This document shows, piece after piece, positions 1 through 14,846 of a stretch of 64,000 bases of DNA. Made by a program: the position numbers and the translations under genes. The notes beneath the pieces were generated by a model. That model was not told the DNA's origin and ran no database searches. It worked only from the letters and a program-made list of their open reading frames with translations. Position 1 is the first letter of the stretch. Each line of letters starts with the position of its first letter. The stretch comes from Eledone cirrhosa (lineage: Eukaryota). The DNA is taken from assembly GCA_964016885.1 (NCBI GenBank), contig OZ024743.1:79918001-79982000 (forward strand), given 5' to 3'.

Positions 1-523
1 ACAGTTCAAAACGCCTGAGCAGGTTGGTGAGGCTCTTGCACCCTCCTCCCCTATCCCCTGATCCCACACAGTCCCAGCGTGCATCTAAGATCCCGTTCCA
101 GTCGCCCACTAACACTAACGAGCGGGACGTTCCAAGAAAGGTCTCCAGACGCCGGAAGAAATCAGGCCGCCCTGCTCCTGTTGGAGCATAGACGGCCACT
201 AGCCTGAAAGCTTGCCCGTCTCCGCTGGCCACGTCTAGCAGCACCAACTTACCTTCTGGGTCCAGGAAGATGGCTCGTATGGCGAGATCCAAACCTCTCC
301 GAAAAAGCACAGCATCTCCTCCTTCCGATCCCGGACGGCTGGGAGATGCGTACACCTCTGATCCGCCGAAGATCGGTGCGAAGGCCCGTGCTTCGGAGCT
401 TCTGGTTTCGCTGATGGCCACTACATCTATGTTTAGTGACCTGTGCTCGTTGAGGAGGTGGCCCTGCTTCCATGACGATCCCAAGCCACGCGCATTTATG
501 CTGCTTCTTCTGAGTGAGGTCAT
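1..523 (-). CDS. Tx1 ORF2 N-terminal APE-type endonuclease (partial)
   Basis: ATG at 523 gives MTSLRRSSINARGLGSSWKQG...LVGDWNGILDARWD, homologous to the start of ORF 60038..63475. Confidence 0.85.
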   Translation of the reverse strand, partial: MTSLRRSSINARGLGSSWKQGHLLNEHRSLNIDVVAISETRSSEARAFAPIFGGSEVYASPSRPGSEGGDAVLFRRGLDLAIRAIFLDPEGKLVLLDVASGDGQAFRLVAVYAPTGAGRPDFFRRLETFLGTSRSLVLVGDWNGILDARWDCVGSGDRGGGCKSLTNLLRRFEL

Positions 524-557
524 GTTGAAATGGAGTGGAAAAGATGGGAAAGACCAC

Positions 558-2229
558 TTACCTTACTTCTCGTAGAGGAAGGATGGTTTGTCCATCCTTT
601 TCACTGGTTGTGGCCTCCTCCGGAGGGATGTCCTTATAAATCCTCCTGGAGAGTGTTTGTCGGAAGTCTCCCATGTCTTTGTGGAATTTTTGTTTTAGTA
701 TCGTGTACATTTTCTGTGTGATGCGAGTTATTTGTATGTGTGGAGGTGGTGTGAACTTTTGGGTTGTTGTGTAGTCTTTTGCTGTGATGCTGGTGTTGTG
801 TTGGATGTAGTGTAATAATTGGTTGTTGTTCAAATTTAATGCTGTGTAGTGTGTATCGTTTTGGTTGTTTTGTTTTGTTTGCGTTTGTTGTGGGTTTGTT
901 TCTGTTTCGCTTTTTGGTGACTTTTGTGGTGTTGGTGATGGTGGTGTTGGGGTTAATGATGGTGATGGTGTTGGTGTTTGTGGTGATGGGGTTGGTGATG
1001 CTGGAGTGGATGGTGGCATATCTGTCCTAACTTTTTTGTTTGATAGTTTATTTGTTTCCCTCTGTATTTTGTGTTTGGAGGGGGAGGGAAGAGAATTTGG
1101 GGGGGGGGGTTCTTTTTTTCTTTTTTCCTGATACCGTTTCCCACTCCTCGTCGTCACAATCTGTCTCCAGTTGTGATAGGCCGGGGAGTGGAAAATCCTC
1201 CACAGGCGTTGGTTTTGGTTGTGGCGTGGTGGATGATGTAGGCGCTGGTGCTAGGTCTGGCGCGTTGGGTGGTGGTGTTGTTGGTTTTACTACTGTTGCT
1301 GGGGTTGTTGCTGTTACAGTTCCTTCTGTTGTTGCTGCTACAGTTGTTGCTGCCATCTCTGCTGCTGGTGGTGTTGATGGTTGAGTCACTGGGGTGGGTA
1401 AGAGAGGTGGCCTCAACCTTTTAGCCTGAGGGCAGAAAGCCCTTACGTGGGTTCCTTCACCACAAACGACACACCTAGGCCTTCTGCCCTCGACGATTAC
1501 GGTGAGGTGGCTGCCGTCAGTGAGGTCTATTACCTCTGGGATCTCCTCAATGCTATTTTGGTCCGCTTGGATCAGGAGCTCCATCCCAGATCCGGACAAG
1601 TTCTCCTGCATTTCTTTCGCTATTTCGATTATCTTGGTGTTGGCTTCGATGCCGGCGAGGACGGCAGCTATTATCCAGGGAATTTCGATGGCCGGTGTAG
1701 CGTGGGTCATCCTGATCTTTACGAGTCTCTGGCCACAATAGCTTGGGACGAGTGTGAAGTCGTCACTTCTTAATGGGGCCATGGAGTGTTCTCTAGCCTC
1801 CTGTGGTGTTTCAAAGAACACGTCCACGGTTCCATATTTCTGCCCACGTCTGATGTGGGTTTTTTTTTGCCCACACATGTCCCAAAGCTTTTTGGATTTG
1901 GGACTCGGATGCCCGTTCCACTCGGCGCGGTTTTATATTAATTGTTCGATAAGACACGGTGCATAGGCGCCGATGGTCCATTTTATTAAGTGTGTGGGTG
2001 GGGGTGGGGGGCTGACCTTGTACCCATCTTTCTTTACCATTTTTTTGGCTTCTTCTAATTCCTCCTGAGTTACCTGAAATGCTTCGCACTGTTTTGTTAC
2101 TCTGGCAAAACTCAGGGTGGTTTTTTTAATGTCATTGTTGTTGTTGTTGCTATCGTTATTTTTGTTATTAATTTTAGTTTCAGTTGTGGTGGTGGTGACG
2201 TCAGTGAAAGTCGGTTTGAGTGAGTCCAT
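558..2229 (-). pseudogene. Tx1 ORF1 (gag-like, zinc knuckle), frameshifted
   Basis: ORF pieces 1933-2229, 1048-1878 (VEGRRPRCVVCGEGTHVRAFCP = CX2CX4HX4C) and 558-1157 tile one ORF1. Confidence 0.8.
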
Positions 2230-2714
2230 TTTGGTTGAAAATATTTCGACATCACGAGTTGATTTATTTTTTTCCTTTTTGTTTCTGTTGTCGCGGTGGT
2301 GGTGGGGGTGGAGGCTTTAACACCTGCAGTCATTGGTAATGGCGGGAAATGAATGTCTGCCTGAGACAAATTTAAAATATAGCTACTGCTTATATTTTTT
2401 TTAGTGTTGGCAAACGTAGTAACATTTACAATGGTGGTATCGGTGTGAGGTGTTAATTTGTGAGGAAGGCTTTCAGCTGCTTGGTGCAGAGGTGAATTAG
2501 CCATTTTTTTTTGAAAGAAATTTTTTGATAATCATAAAAGTTTAAATTTTGGGCACAAGGCCCCAATCTTTTTGGGTGTCCTTTTCGGAAAACAATGTAT
2601 GTGCGCTTATATATAGTTAACAATAAAAATTTTCCATAAATGGCAATTTTTAACAAACGGAAATAACAAACCTTTGCGGAGCTCACGATGATACGATTTA
2701 CTACGTAGGTCGCC

Positions 2715-2777
<63 letters not shown>

Positions 2778-3053
2778 CCGATACCAGGACTTAAAGTGGG
2801 AGCTAAAAAGGATTTGGAACTGCCATGAAGTCAAAGTCGTCCCGATTGTCATAGGCGCACTAGGTACTATCTGAAGGGATGGTTAAAGAAAATTGGCCCC
2901 GCCCCGCTTTTTGGAACACTTCAAAAGCCATGCTTGCTGGGAACAGCAAGAACCCTCCGTAACGTCCTGAATATCTGAGGCAGCAGGTAGTGGCTTCATA
3001 TTCATTTCAACAAACTTTCCAGTTAACTAACATCAATGACTGAGACTCAAAGA
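2778..3053 (+). mobile_element. 3'-terminal fragment of R4/Dong-like LINE family 2, between (TAA)n tracts
   Basis: Near-identical to 8623-8911 (RYQDLKWE...VPIVIGALG plus 3'UTR); TAA repeats on both sides. Confidence 0.9.
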
Positions 3054-3055
3054 AC

Positions 3056-3107
<52 letters not shown>

Positions 3108-3108
<1 letters not shown>

Positions 3109-6034
3109 GAGACACCCTCCCTAAGATCCAGAACTCCAAACAGAACCAAAAGATAATACACAAGACTAACATAATTCTCAAAAACATTATCATCACAAAC
3201 AAACTAAGCATTACTGACTTAAATCATCTCTATTTTGCATCGGCTAAAGTCACCACTCACTTATGTGGAGTGAAGATGAAAAAACAAAGGAATTCCCACA
3301 AGAAATCTACTTGGCAAGATAACATCAATCGCCAAATAAACCTTCTCCGATCTGACATAGAAATTTTAACAAACTATAAAGTAGGTGAACATGTTAAACA
3401 AACTAAACTTAGAAAATTGAAAAAAAAGTACAGTATAAGATCAACATGTGACATAGACATGCTGATAGAAACAATCAAGCAAAAAGTGTCGGCCAAAGCT
3501 GCTCGTATAAGGCGCTTTGAAAAACGATCTAGATTCTATAAGGACAATAATATGTTCAAAAACAACCAAAGAAACTTCTACAGAAAAATTGGTAAGTCAA
3601 CAATAACTGCTAAATCAATACCACCCAAGGAGGAAGTGCAAGAATTCTGGGAAAAGATCTGGGCCGAAGAAAAAGTTCATAACATACATGCCCCATGGAT
3701 AGACAGACAAATGAAAGAAACAGCTCACCTTGAAGAACAAACATGGGAAAATATAACAGTTGAACAGCTGCGCTTGGCTCTAAGAAAAACCAGCAAATGG
3801 AAATCCCCAGGAAAAGACAAAATACAAAACTTTTGGATAAATGCCTTCACAGAGTCTCATGAGCTGTTAGCCCAACTTTACAATGAAATAGTTAAGGAGC
3901 CAGAAAAGATACCATCATGGCTAGTTAACGGCATTACATTCCTGCTACCGAAGAATGATGAGACAAACAATCCCAAAAATTACAGACCGATAACCTGCTT
4001 GACCACAATGTATAAAATTTTAACATCAGTCCTAACTGAATACACATATGACCACCTGATAACAAATTACCTATTTCCCATTGAGCAGAAAGGGTGTAAA
4101 CGAGGCTCATATGGCTGTAAGGATCAGCTTCTGGTTCACAAAATGATACTGGAAGATTGTCATAATAGACACAAAAATCTATCGATTGCTTGGATAGATT
4201 ATAAAAAAGCATTTGATAGTTTGCCACACAGTTGGATTGAAAAATGTTTAGAGATTTTCAAAATATCCCCCGTTATCAGGAGGTTTTTGTCATTCAGTAT
4301 GAGGACATGGAGAACGACACTCCTTTTGAATAGTGAAACAAAATCACTGGAAGCTGGAGAAGTTAACATTAATTGCGGAATTTTTCAGGGTGACTCTTTA
4401 TCACCGCTTTTATTCTGCATCGCACTTATACCATTAAGTAAAATGCTCAATGAAACAAAACATGGATATAGAGTCTATGACAAAACCATTAATCACCTGT
4501 TCTACATGGATGACCTGAAACTATTTGCAAAAAATGATGAACAATTGCAAGGGCTATTATCCACTGTGAAGCAGTTCAGTGATGACATTAAAATGGAGTT
4601 TGGACTGGATAAATGCGCCAAAGCAACGTTCACCAGAGGAAAGCTGCTGAAGAGTTCAGACATTAATCTTTATCGGGGGAACGTGATAAGAGAGCTTGAT
4701 CAAGAACAAACTTACAAATATCTAGGTGTTTGTGAAGGAGACGGAATCAAGCACTCGACAATGAGGGAAAGGATAAGGAAGGAATGTTACCGCAGAGTCA
4801 GAGCAATCTTAAGAACGGAATTGAATGCAAGGAATAGGATCGATGCCATAAACACGCTTGCCATACCAGTAGTAACCTACAGTTACAATGTCATCAACTG
4901 GTCAAGCACAGAGATCCGTAGGCTCGATACAAAAATCCGAAAATTCTTAACCATGCACAGAATGCATCACCCTAAGGCAGACATAGATAGAATATATCTC
5001 CCTAGGAAAGAAGGAGGACGTGGGTTAATCCAGTTAGACATTGCGTTGAAAACTGCAACAATTGGATTATCCACATATCTAAGGGAATCACATGATTGGA
5101 TGATCAAACTCGTTTTGAAACACGAAAGCACCAAAAGATCATATTCCATTACAAAAGATGCACAAAGATACAGTAATGGACTACAAATTTCAGAAGTCCC
5201 ATTTACTGCTGAAATGGAAAACACAGAAAAAGCAAAGCAGGTAAAAGTAACTACAAAGAAAGAACTGCTACAGAAACTGGCTTATAAATGGCAAGAAAAG
5301 CCTCTGTATGGAAAATACCCAGAGCGAGCTAACAATCCTGATGTTGACAAAACTTTAACCCATCAGTGGTTGGCATCCTCTGGACTGAAATCGGAGACTG
5401 AAGGACTGATTATATCCGCACAAGATCAGTGTCTGCCAACATAATAAAAAATGGGTGCAGCCCATTATGCCGTGTATGCAAAAAACAACCAGAGACCATT
5501 GACCATATAATTTCAATGTGCAGTCCTATAGCTCCAACCGAATACCTAAACAGGCATGACAGAGCTGCACAATACATACATTGGATAATGTGTAAGCATT
5601 TTGACCTGCCCCATCAAAAGAATTGGTGGGAGCATCAACCACCTCCCATACTTGAAAAAGATCACATCTCAATCTTGTGGAACTTTAGCATCCAAACAGA
5701 CCGAAAAATAGATGCAAATAGACCTGATATAATATTGAAGGACTTTCAAAGGAGGGTATGCCTGCTAATTGATATGTCTGTTCCAATAGACAAGAATGTA
5801 TCTATAAAAACATTTGAAAAATTGAGCAAGTATAAGGACCTGGAGATAGAAATTGGAAAAATGTGGAAATTGAGAACTAAAACAATACCAGTGGTTGTAG
5901 GCGCTCTGGGAATGATACCTAAGGGGTCTAACGACTACTTATCGCAAATCCCAGGAAACCCGCGTATAGGAGAAATACAAAAGATAGTACTAATGGGAAC
6001 TGCCCATATACTAAGGAAGATCCTGTCAATATAA
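3108..6034 (+). pseudogene. RT + zinc finger + restriction-like endonuclease ORF, one frameshift near 5440
   Basis: ORFs 3036..5444 and 5429..6034 overlap in different frames; the poly-Ile N-terminus is translated TAA repeat. Confidence 0.88.
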
Positions 6035-6174
6035 GTACATCACAAGTCTAAACACTAAGGATGCATGTGTGAATATGTGTGTTCTTTCTTGAACATGGCG
6101 GACCTTGTTGTCTCTTGAGGTCACTGGTTGTGACTTGGTGATAACTCGTATAAACATAAAGCAAGATAAATGCA
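3108..6174 (+). mobile_element. 5'-truncated R4/Dong-like RLE LINE family 1 in (TAA)n
   Basis: RT motifs KSPGKD, YRPITCL, DYKKAFD, GIFQGDSLSP, YMDD; zinc finger CRVC...HIISMC; PD-(D/E)xK nuclease RPDII...IDMSVP...KY; TAA tracts at both ends. Confidence 0.93.
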
Positions 6175-6262
<88 letters not shown>

Positions 6263-6264
<2 letters not shown>

Positions 6265-8911
6265 TGGACATTGGAAAGCTTGAGTCCCTACTGAATGCGA
6301 CACTAAAAAACATAGACACTAAAAATAGACTGGAAATAAAGTACAAAACTAGGAGGAAAAAGCTAAATATTATCATAGAGAAACTGAAGACGCATTGTAG
6401 CAAAGAGTGCAAAAATTAGGCGATACGAGAGCAGAGTCAGCAGAATAGACAGAACCGCATATTTGTCAACAACCAGAAGATGTTGTTTGGACAGTTTGAA
6501 GGGAAAGAAAGAGGCAACGACTTGATCTCTGAGGCGGAACATACTAAAACATTCTGGAGAGGAATATGGGAACAGGATGTTAAACATAATGACTAGGCAG
6601 TGTGGATTAAGACAGTACAAAAGGAGATTAGTGAACATGCACACCAACAAACTGATTTGAGTATCACAGTTGAAACTCTTAAGGAGCAGGCCAAAAAACT
6701 AACCAACTGGAAATCACCAGGCCCAGATGGTGTGCAGGGGTATTGGATTAAAAATATAACATCCCTCCACCCGAAACTGACAACCATGTTCAATGACTGC
6801 TTGATGTCCGATGAGGTACCAGAGTGGTTGACAAAAGGTACCACAGTTCTGGTAATGAAAGAGCGAATCAAGAGTAATGAGTTACCAACTATAGACCTAT
6901 CACATGTCTGTCCGTAATATGGAAACTGTTGACAAGCATTGTGTCTAAGGAAATCTACCATCTCCTCCACACAAACAACTTGTTACCGGACGAATAGAAA
7001 GGATGCCGAAAGATGTCCCGTGGTACAAAGGACCAGTTACTTATTGATAAGATGGTAATGAGGAATTGCAAGAGGAGACACACTGGTCTTGCCATGGGAA
7101 TGATAGACTACAAAAAGGCATTTGACATGGTGCCTCATTCTTGGATCACCAAAAGCCTAGTGATCTTCAAGTTGGCAGATAACATCAGACAGTTGTTGAG
7201 CAAAAGTATGAAGTCCTGGAAAACAGAGTTAACATCAGCTTGAGAATCCTTGGGAGGCGTGAAGATCAAGAGAGGTATCTTCCAGGGAGATAGTCTGTCC
7301 CCTCTGTTGTTTGTCCTTGCCCTGATGCCCCTGACTATTATACTGCGAAAAGTGAGAGCAGGATACAAGTTGGGAAAGGGAGAGCTTACCATCAATCACC
7401 TCCTCTTCATGGCCGATCTTAAGCTCTTCGGGAAGAGTGAGAAGGAGTTGGGTGTGCTTGTTGACACTGTCCGTATTTTCAGCAATGATATATGTATGCA
7501 ATTTGGTATTAGTAAATGTGGAGTCCTTGTGATGAAGAGGGGTAAATTGAGCAGAAGCAACGGAATCCAGGTACCAACATGTGAGATGATAAAGGAAATT
7601 GACACTGAAAAAGGATACAAGTGTTTGGAGGTTCTGGAGGCTGATGACATCAAAACAAAAACATGAAGGAATTGATAAGATCTGAATACATTCGGAGAGT
7701 TAGGAGCGGCGTATTAAAGTCACATCTGAACAGTAGGAATGCCATAAGTGCAGTAAATTCCCGAGCTGTGTCTATTATTAGGTACAGTGCGGGAATTCTG
7801 AGATGGAATGTTGCTGAACAAAAAGAAATGGATAGGAAGACTAGGAAGCTATTGACTATCTACAACATGTTCCACAAGAGGAGTGATGTCGATAGACTCT
7901 ACCTAAGGAGATCTGAGGGTGGAAGAGGTCTTATCAGCATAGAGGACTGTGTTCAGATGGAGAAAAACAACCTACACAAATACGTGACTGATAGTAAGGA
8001 GCCAATGCTCAGAATTGTACTGAAAGAGAGGACAATAGACCAGGGGATGCCCAAGGAGGAAATAACAAGGAGAAAGAGCAGCCTTCATGAAAAATCCGTT
8101 CATAGTACCTTCTTTGAGAAAACTGAATTCAGAGATCCACAGACATGGAACTGGTTGAAAAGAGGAGACTTTAAAAAGGCTACAGAAGGAATGCTAATGG
8201 CTCCGCAAGAGCAGGCCCTCAAAACGAAGTGGCTGAAACACCATTTTTACAAGGAGGAGGCTAGCCCACTGCGCAGGATCTGTGGAGACTGTGGCTCACA
8301 TTGTATCCGAATGTAAACACCTAGCCCAGACTCACTATAAGGGCTGGAGACATGATGTGAGGGGCAGGGTGATGCACTGGCACCTATGCAAAGTAAACAA
8401 TTTACCACATTCTGAGAAGTGGTATGAGCATAAGCCAGAGTCGGTGATAGAAAACGATGAGGTGAAGGTGCTGTGGGATTTTAGGATACAAACGGACAAG
8501 AAACTGGAACACAATAGACCTGACCTGGTGGTTTTGGACAAGGAAAAAAGATCGTGCCTGATTGTGGATGTGGCCTGCCCATTCGACACGAGAGTGCAAG
8601 AGAAGGAGAGGGAGAAAATTACCCGATACCAGGACTTAAAGTGGGAGGTAAAAAGGATTTGGAACTGCCATGAAGTTAAAGTGGTCCCGGTTGTCATAGG
8701 CGCACTAGGTACTATCTCAAAAGGTTTCCAGGGATGGTTAAAGAAAATTGGCCCCGCCCCGCTTTTTGGAACACTTCAAAAGGCATGCTTCCTGGGAACA
8801 GCAAGAACCCTCCGATACGTCCTGAATATCTGAGGCTGCAGGTAGTGGCTTGATATTCATTTTAACAAACTTTCCAGTTAACTAACATCAATGACTGAGA
8901 CTCAAAGAACA
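6263..8911 (+). mobile_element. 5'-truncated, decayed R4/Dong-like RLE LINE family 2 in (TAA)n
   Basis: Fragments KSPGPDG, DYKKAFD, GIFQGDSLSP, FMADLK, ETVAHIVSEC, RPDLVV...VDVACP; several stops and frameshifts; TAA flanks. Confidence 0.92.
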
Positions 8912-9829
8912 ATAATAATAATAATAATTAGAGAAGATTAGGGAAGATACGCACATGGTGGATAGAGTGTTATGGAATCGCTACCGTAAGTTTTTGATTT
9001 TTTACATATTTAAAACTATTGTGATAGAATAATTCTTATTACAAGTGGAACATAAGATACCAGTCTTAACTCTCAGGAAGTGACAACGCATCACATTATA
9101 TCATAGAGCTCCAATATTTAATATTTAATTTCATATCAGAAATTTTATAGTAAAAAAAGAAAATGGTTACAAACAACAGCCAAATAATTTCAACACCAAC
9201 ACCACCACCGCCGCCATCATCACCACTACCACAAAATATTTAGCCAAATACAAACCAACGGCTGCAGCAACAACATCATTATAGTACTACTATCCCATCA
9301 CCACCGACACCACTGCATCATCGCTACCACCACTATTCCTTCACTACCTCCTGTTAAGAGAGGGATTGTAATAGTGCCCCTACACATGACTAGAAGCGAG
9401 GAAGGCATCAAAAGATATAAATAGACTGGGTTAGGGACCCGGTCGAACAGCTAACAACAACACCCTGTATCTCTAAACTCTCTCAAAATATTTAGTTTAA
9501 ACGATGTCAAATCTAAACTATAATATAATAATAATAATGATAAGCAACAAGTCGAAACAATTATAGACCAGAACACAGACAAAAACAAATGCAACAACAA
9601 AAACAAATTTCAAAAGTTTTGAGCGCAACAACCCCTACTTCCCTTGTAGCTAAAATCAAAAACAGCAGCAGCAGCAACAACAACACTAGCCACCGATGTT
9701 ACGGGCCTTGAAAAACGAAAAACGTAAAGGAAAAAAAAAAAAAAAAAAACTAAGTCAGACAATCAAACATTACAATGAAACTTATGTTTATTTTTTAAAG
9801 TTTTTATCTATTTATTTGTTTATTTATTT

Positions 9830-10940
9830 ATGTTCGTCTACAGCGTGATGGTGCCACGCTAAAATCACCGGAGGTGATGAGATCACTGGGGTGATGAAAT
9901 CACCGGTGGTTATGTAACCATACATTCACCAATCATCGATATGAGTGTTTAAATGTCGAACCTGAACAGTTCGAATAACGGTGAAGAGGAGACCGGAACG
10001 TCATGTGACAGACTCTCACCCAGCAAGTGCTCCCTGGCCCAGCAACAGGGACCTGGCTGTCATCCAAATACTGCCTGTGTTGGAGGAAGAAGAAGAAGGA
10101 AAGGAACAAGAACCATCTGGACGAAAGAATTGAATAGAACTGTCATGGAATGTTACCTGAAGAGTAACCCCAAGGAAAAAGGCTATAGGAAACGGATGCA
10201 TAACATCTGGAACGAGATTGGTCTATTTAAATTAGATGAACAAAATCGGCCGGGCAGGCTCGGGTAATAAGAACTAATGGATGGATAAGCGAGTTGGAAC
10301 TGGAGGAACTGAGCAGAGAGATTAGGTTGGAAATGGAGAGCGGAGTATGTCAGGCAAACGAGCCAGTGGGAAATGAAGATGAAGGGGTTGAGAGAACGGA
10401 GGAAGCATCCGAAGCAGACAATGATCTTAATGATAAAATAAATCACATCTGGAACTAAGATATGGCCATTGAGGAAATGAATGCTGACGGGCTAGGACAA
10501 GATTTGGTTGATATCTTGAACTTAGTGGTAGATGAAATGAACAATGATAGTGGGAAACCTATGAACCTAAGATTTGTAGACAGGAAAAAGTTAAAAGAAA
10601 CAACAGCTAAGGTAAACAAAGTCATCCCATACCTTGAGGCGAGGAGCCTTCACCAGTGCAACAAAATCCTCAAAGCAACAGCAAATCCGATGAGGAAATT
10701 ACTTGGCTTAAAAGCGAGAGGAAACAACAAACAAGAAAGATCAGAACCTTGGTGGAAGAAACGATTGAATGGTCAAATCAGGGAAATGAGAAATGACATA
10801 GGAAAGCTTGAGTCCTTACTGAATGGGACATTACAAAACATAGACACTAAAAATAGACTGGAAATAAAGTACAAAACTAGGAGGAAAAAGCTAAATATTA
10901 TCATAGAGGAACTGAAGCAACGCATTGTAGCAAAAAGTGC
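9830..10940 (+). mobile_element. 5' portion (5'UTR + N-terminal ORF) of R4/Dong-like family 2
   Basis: 10795-10940 matches 6267-6410; N-terminal WTKELNRTVMECY...GYRKRMHNIW resembles the Myb-like N-terminus of R4/Dong proteins. Confidence 0.82.
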
Positions 10941-11482
10941 ATTCGCCACCTCCACCCGGCCTTTCAGGGACAGCTTCCTCTAGGCCCATTTCTGGGTGAG
11001 GGAGGTCACCTTGCTCGTCACCTCGTTCCAGTTTTTCTCCATCTGGAGGTCCGGTCCGAACCAGAACCCGAGCAATTTAACCGGTCCGTCCGTCCAACGC
11101 CCCACGACGCTGTCGGTCGGCATGGACTTGCCTCTCCAGGTGCCGAGCTGCAAGCCCACCGACTTTTCCTGGTGTATCTTTGCTCCTGTCACCGCTTCGT
11201 ATTCCTTGAGAGCGGTGCCGAGCATCTGGACGTGTCTAGTACTCGACACCACCACTGTGACGTCGTCGGCGTAAGCCGACTCAGATTTCCCGCATCCTAG
11301 TTCGCGTGGCACGCCCCTCATCGCCCCCAGTTTGTGCAGTAACGGCTCGAGAGCCAATACGTACAGGAGGGACGAGAGGGGACAACCCTGGCGGACTGAG
11401 CGCATGATGCTGAACAGCTGCGACAGGTGACCGTTCACCCTCACAACTGAGCGGATGTCGCTAGTTGCCAGAAGGATATCCG
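10941..11482 (-). mobile_element. Internal RT fragment of a divergent Tx1 LINE (copy B)
   Basis: SVRQGCPLS, AYADDV, VKLLGFWFGPDLQ homologous to the ORF2 at 60038..63475. Confidence 0.9.
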
Positions 11483-11744
11483 ATATAGGAGACAAAACAA
11501 GTTACCCATGAAAGTAATAATAGATTAGAAAGGGAAAGTAACGATATAGGTATTAGATATTGAACAGATGTGAAAGAGAAATGATCTAAATATGAATATT
11601 ATATAGACTTTTATTTACTTCTTGCAGGAAAGGTTTTATTTTCTTACCAGGCCTTAATGTTATTTGTAAACCACCGACATTTTCTATATTCATAATAAAT
11701 AAAGGTGGAAGAAAATGACACCAGATTTTGTCTCATAAAATGAT

Positions 11745-13095
<1,351 letters not shown>

Positions 13096-13293
13096 ATAAA
13101 AGAATTGTGGTAAGGAACCAGATGGACCATAACGCACCAGAGTACTTAATACTTAGGGTATTAGAGTGGGAAATAGGAAAAAGTATGACCCCGACGGCAG
13201 AGCTCAAGCCGTTTCGACGGCTATTTCTGGACTGAAATAGTCCAGAAATAGCCGTCGAAACGGCTTGAGCTCTGCCGTCGGGGTCATACTTTT

Positions 13294-13297
<4 letters not shown>
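13096..13297 (-). mobile_element. PLE-like terminal-repeat element with fold-back palindrome, in (TA)n
   Basis: ~58-bp inverted arms 13176-13233/13239-13295; same family at 14350-14445, 17081-17250 and 22616-22799. Confidence 0.65.
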
Positions 13298-13359
<62 letters not shown>

Positions 13360-13371
13360 ATATATACATAC

Positions 13372-13402
<31 letters not shown>

Positions 13403-13493
13403 CGTGTGAGTATGTGTGTGTGTGTGTATGTTATATATATATATATATATATACGATATTAACAAATGGAAACTATATTTATAAAACCATATC

Positions 13494-13558
13494 TATTTTA
13501 TTATACATATTTCAAGGATACCATGTTAAATTATGGTATGCTTTCATCAGACAAAATA
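13494..13558 (-). ncRNA. Minimal type I hammerhead ribozyme (inverted copy)
   Basis: Reverse complement of 13686-13750. Confidence 0.72.
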
Positions 13559-13685
13559 CAATATATACCAGTTTTATAAATAAATATTGACATACCCTTT
13601 CAAAATGCTACTGATGTCTTCGAAAAGTAACGGTTGCATTTTGAAAGGGTATGTCAATATTTATTTATAAAACTGGTATATATTG

Positions 13686-13750
13686 TATTTTGTCTGATGA
13701 AAGCATACCATAATTTAACATGGTATCCTTGAAATATGTATAATAAAATA
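13686..13750 (+). ncRNA. Minimal type I hammerhead ribozyme
   Basis: TATTTTGT-CTGATGA-stem II (AAGcATACCAT...ATGGTATcCTT)-GAAA-T-ATGT-A-TA^ATAAAATA; 8-bp stem I closes. Confidence 0.75.
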
Positions 13751-13877
13751 GATATGGTTTTATAAATATAGTTTCCATTTGTTAATATCGTATATTTACT
13801 CCAAATACTTGTCGAGTGCTTTATATCAGTTATAAAAATATTTGCTTGTTGTATCCCAACAATTTAAATAGAACTTT

Positions 13878-13946
<69 letters not shown>

Positions 13947-14132
13947 CATATATACATATATTATATATATATATATATATATATTTATGGACAAACATAT
14001 TTTGATACATTCCCATACTAGCTGAGTGTAGAGAAAGAGATATAGAGCTAAAGAGTATTGTGGTAAAAAATATATCACAATTATGGTTGGTTCCGTGGTT
14101 CAGGAGTTGGCTTCGGCTGCTTGGATGCCCAC

Positions 14133-14295
<163 letters not shown>

Positions 14296-14349
14296 TTCTC
14301 GCTCGCTCTCGCTCTCGCGGTCTCTCTCTGATATATATATATAGACATA

Positions 14350-14440
14350 GAGTCAAACTCCGACGGCAGAGCTCAACTACCCAAAGTATCAAGTACTCTG
14401 GTGAGTTATGGTCCACCTGGTTCTTTACCACACTTTCTTT

Positions 14441-14445
<5 letters not shown>
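14350..14445 (+). mobile_element. Internally deleted copy of the 13096-13297 family
   Basis: Shares CCGACGGCAGAGCTCAA and AGTACTCTGGTG..TTATGGTCCA..TGGTTC; TA flanks. Confidence 0.6.
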
Positions 14446-14475
<30 letters not shown>

Positions 14476-14779
14476 GACTGAATAAAAAATGGCGTAGACA
14501 TACAACACAACAGGAGGAACAAAAAAATATAACACCACTGACGGTGTTGCAGATGTGCAACGAAAGATTTATGTAAATTATGTAAACTATATATATGTGT
14601 TTGTGTCTATATTGTATCTGTATTATTTTTGACCGTCGGTCAGTCAATGGCAAGATTGAGGACCGAGTAAGTTAGATCGCAGATATAAAAGACAGCGAGA
14701 AGCGAAAACCAACCAAACAGTGAGTGTGTTCTGTTATTAATTCTGGCAATATTACACAAATATGACCCTTCCCAAGTAT

Positions 14780-14846
<67 letters not shown>

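Larger units (their letters stand above)
1..2714 (-). mobile_element. L1/Tx1-clade LINE copy A (5'UTR, disrupted ORF1, start of ORF2; runs off window)
   Basis: Minus strand reads 5'UTR from GGCGACC at 2714 (abutting a TAA tract), ORF1 fragments with a CCHC knuckle, then APE endonuclease residues (INARGL, VAISE, LVGDWNGILD). Confidence 0.9.
13449..13881 (+). mobile_element. PLE-like inverted terminal repeat (~160-bp arms) carrying hammerheads, in (TA)n
   Basis: Arms 13449-13608 and 13636-13795 are reverse complements, each with a hammerhead; short unique tail, then TA. Confidence 0.72.

Noticed and set aside
3036-3107. Hydrophobic signal-like N-terminus of the 802-aa ORF
   Set aside because: Poly-Ile comes from the TAA tract and the ATG lies in the neighbouring element's 3'UTR.
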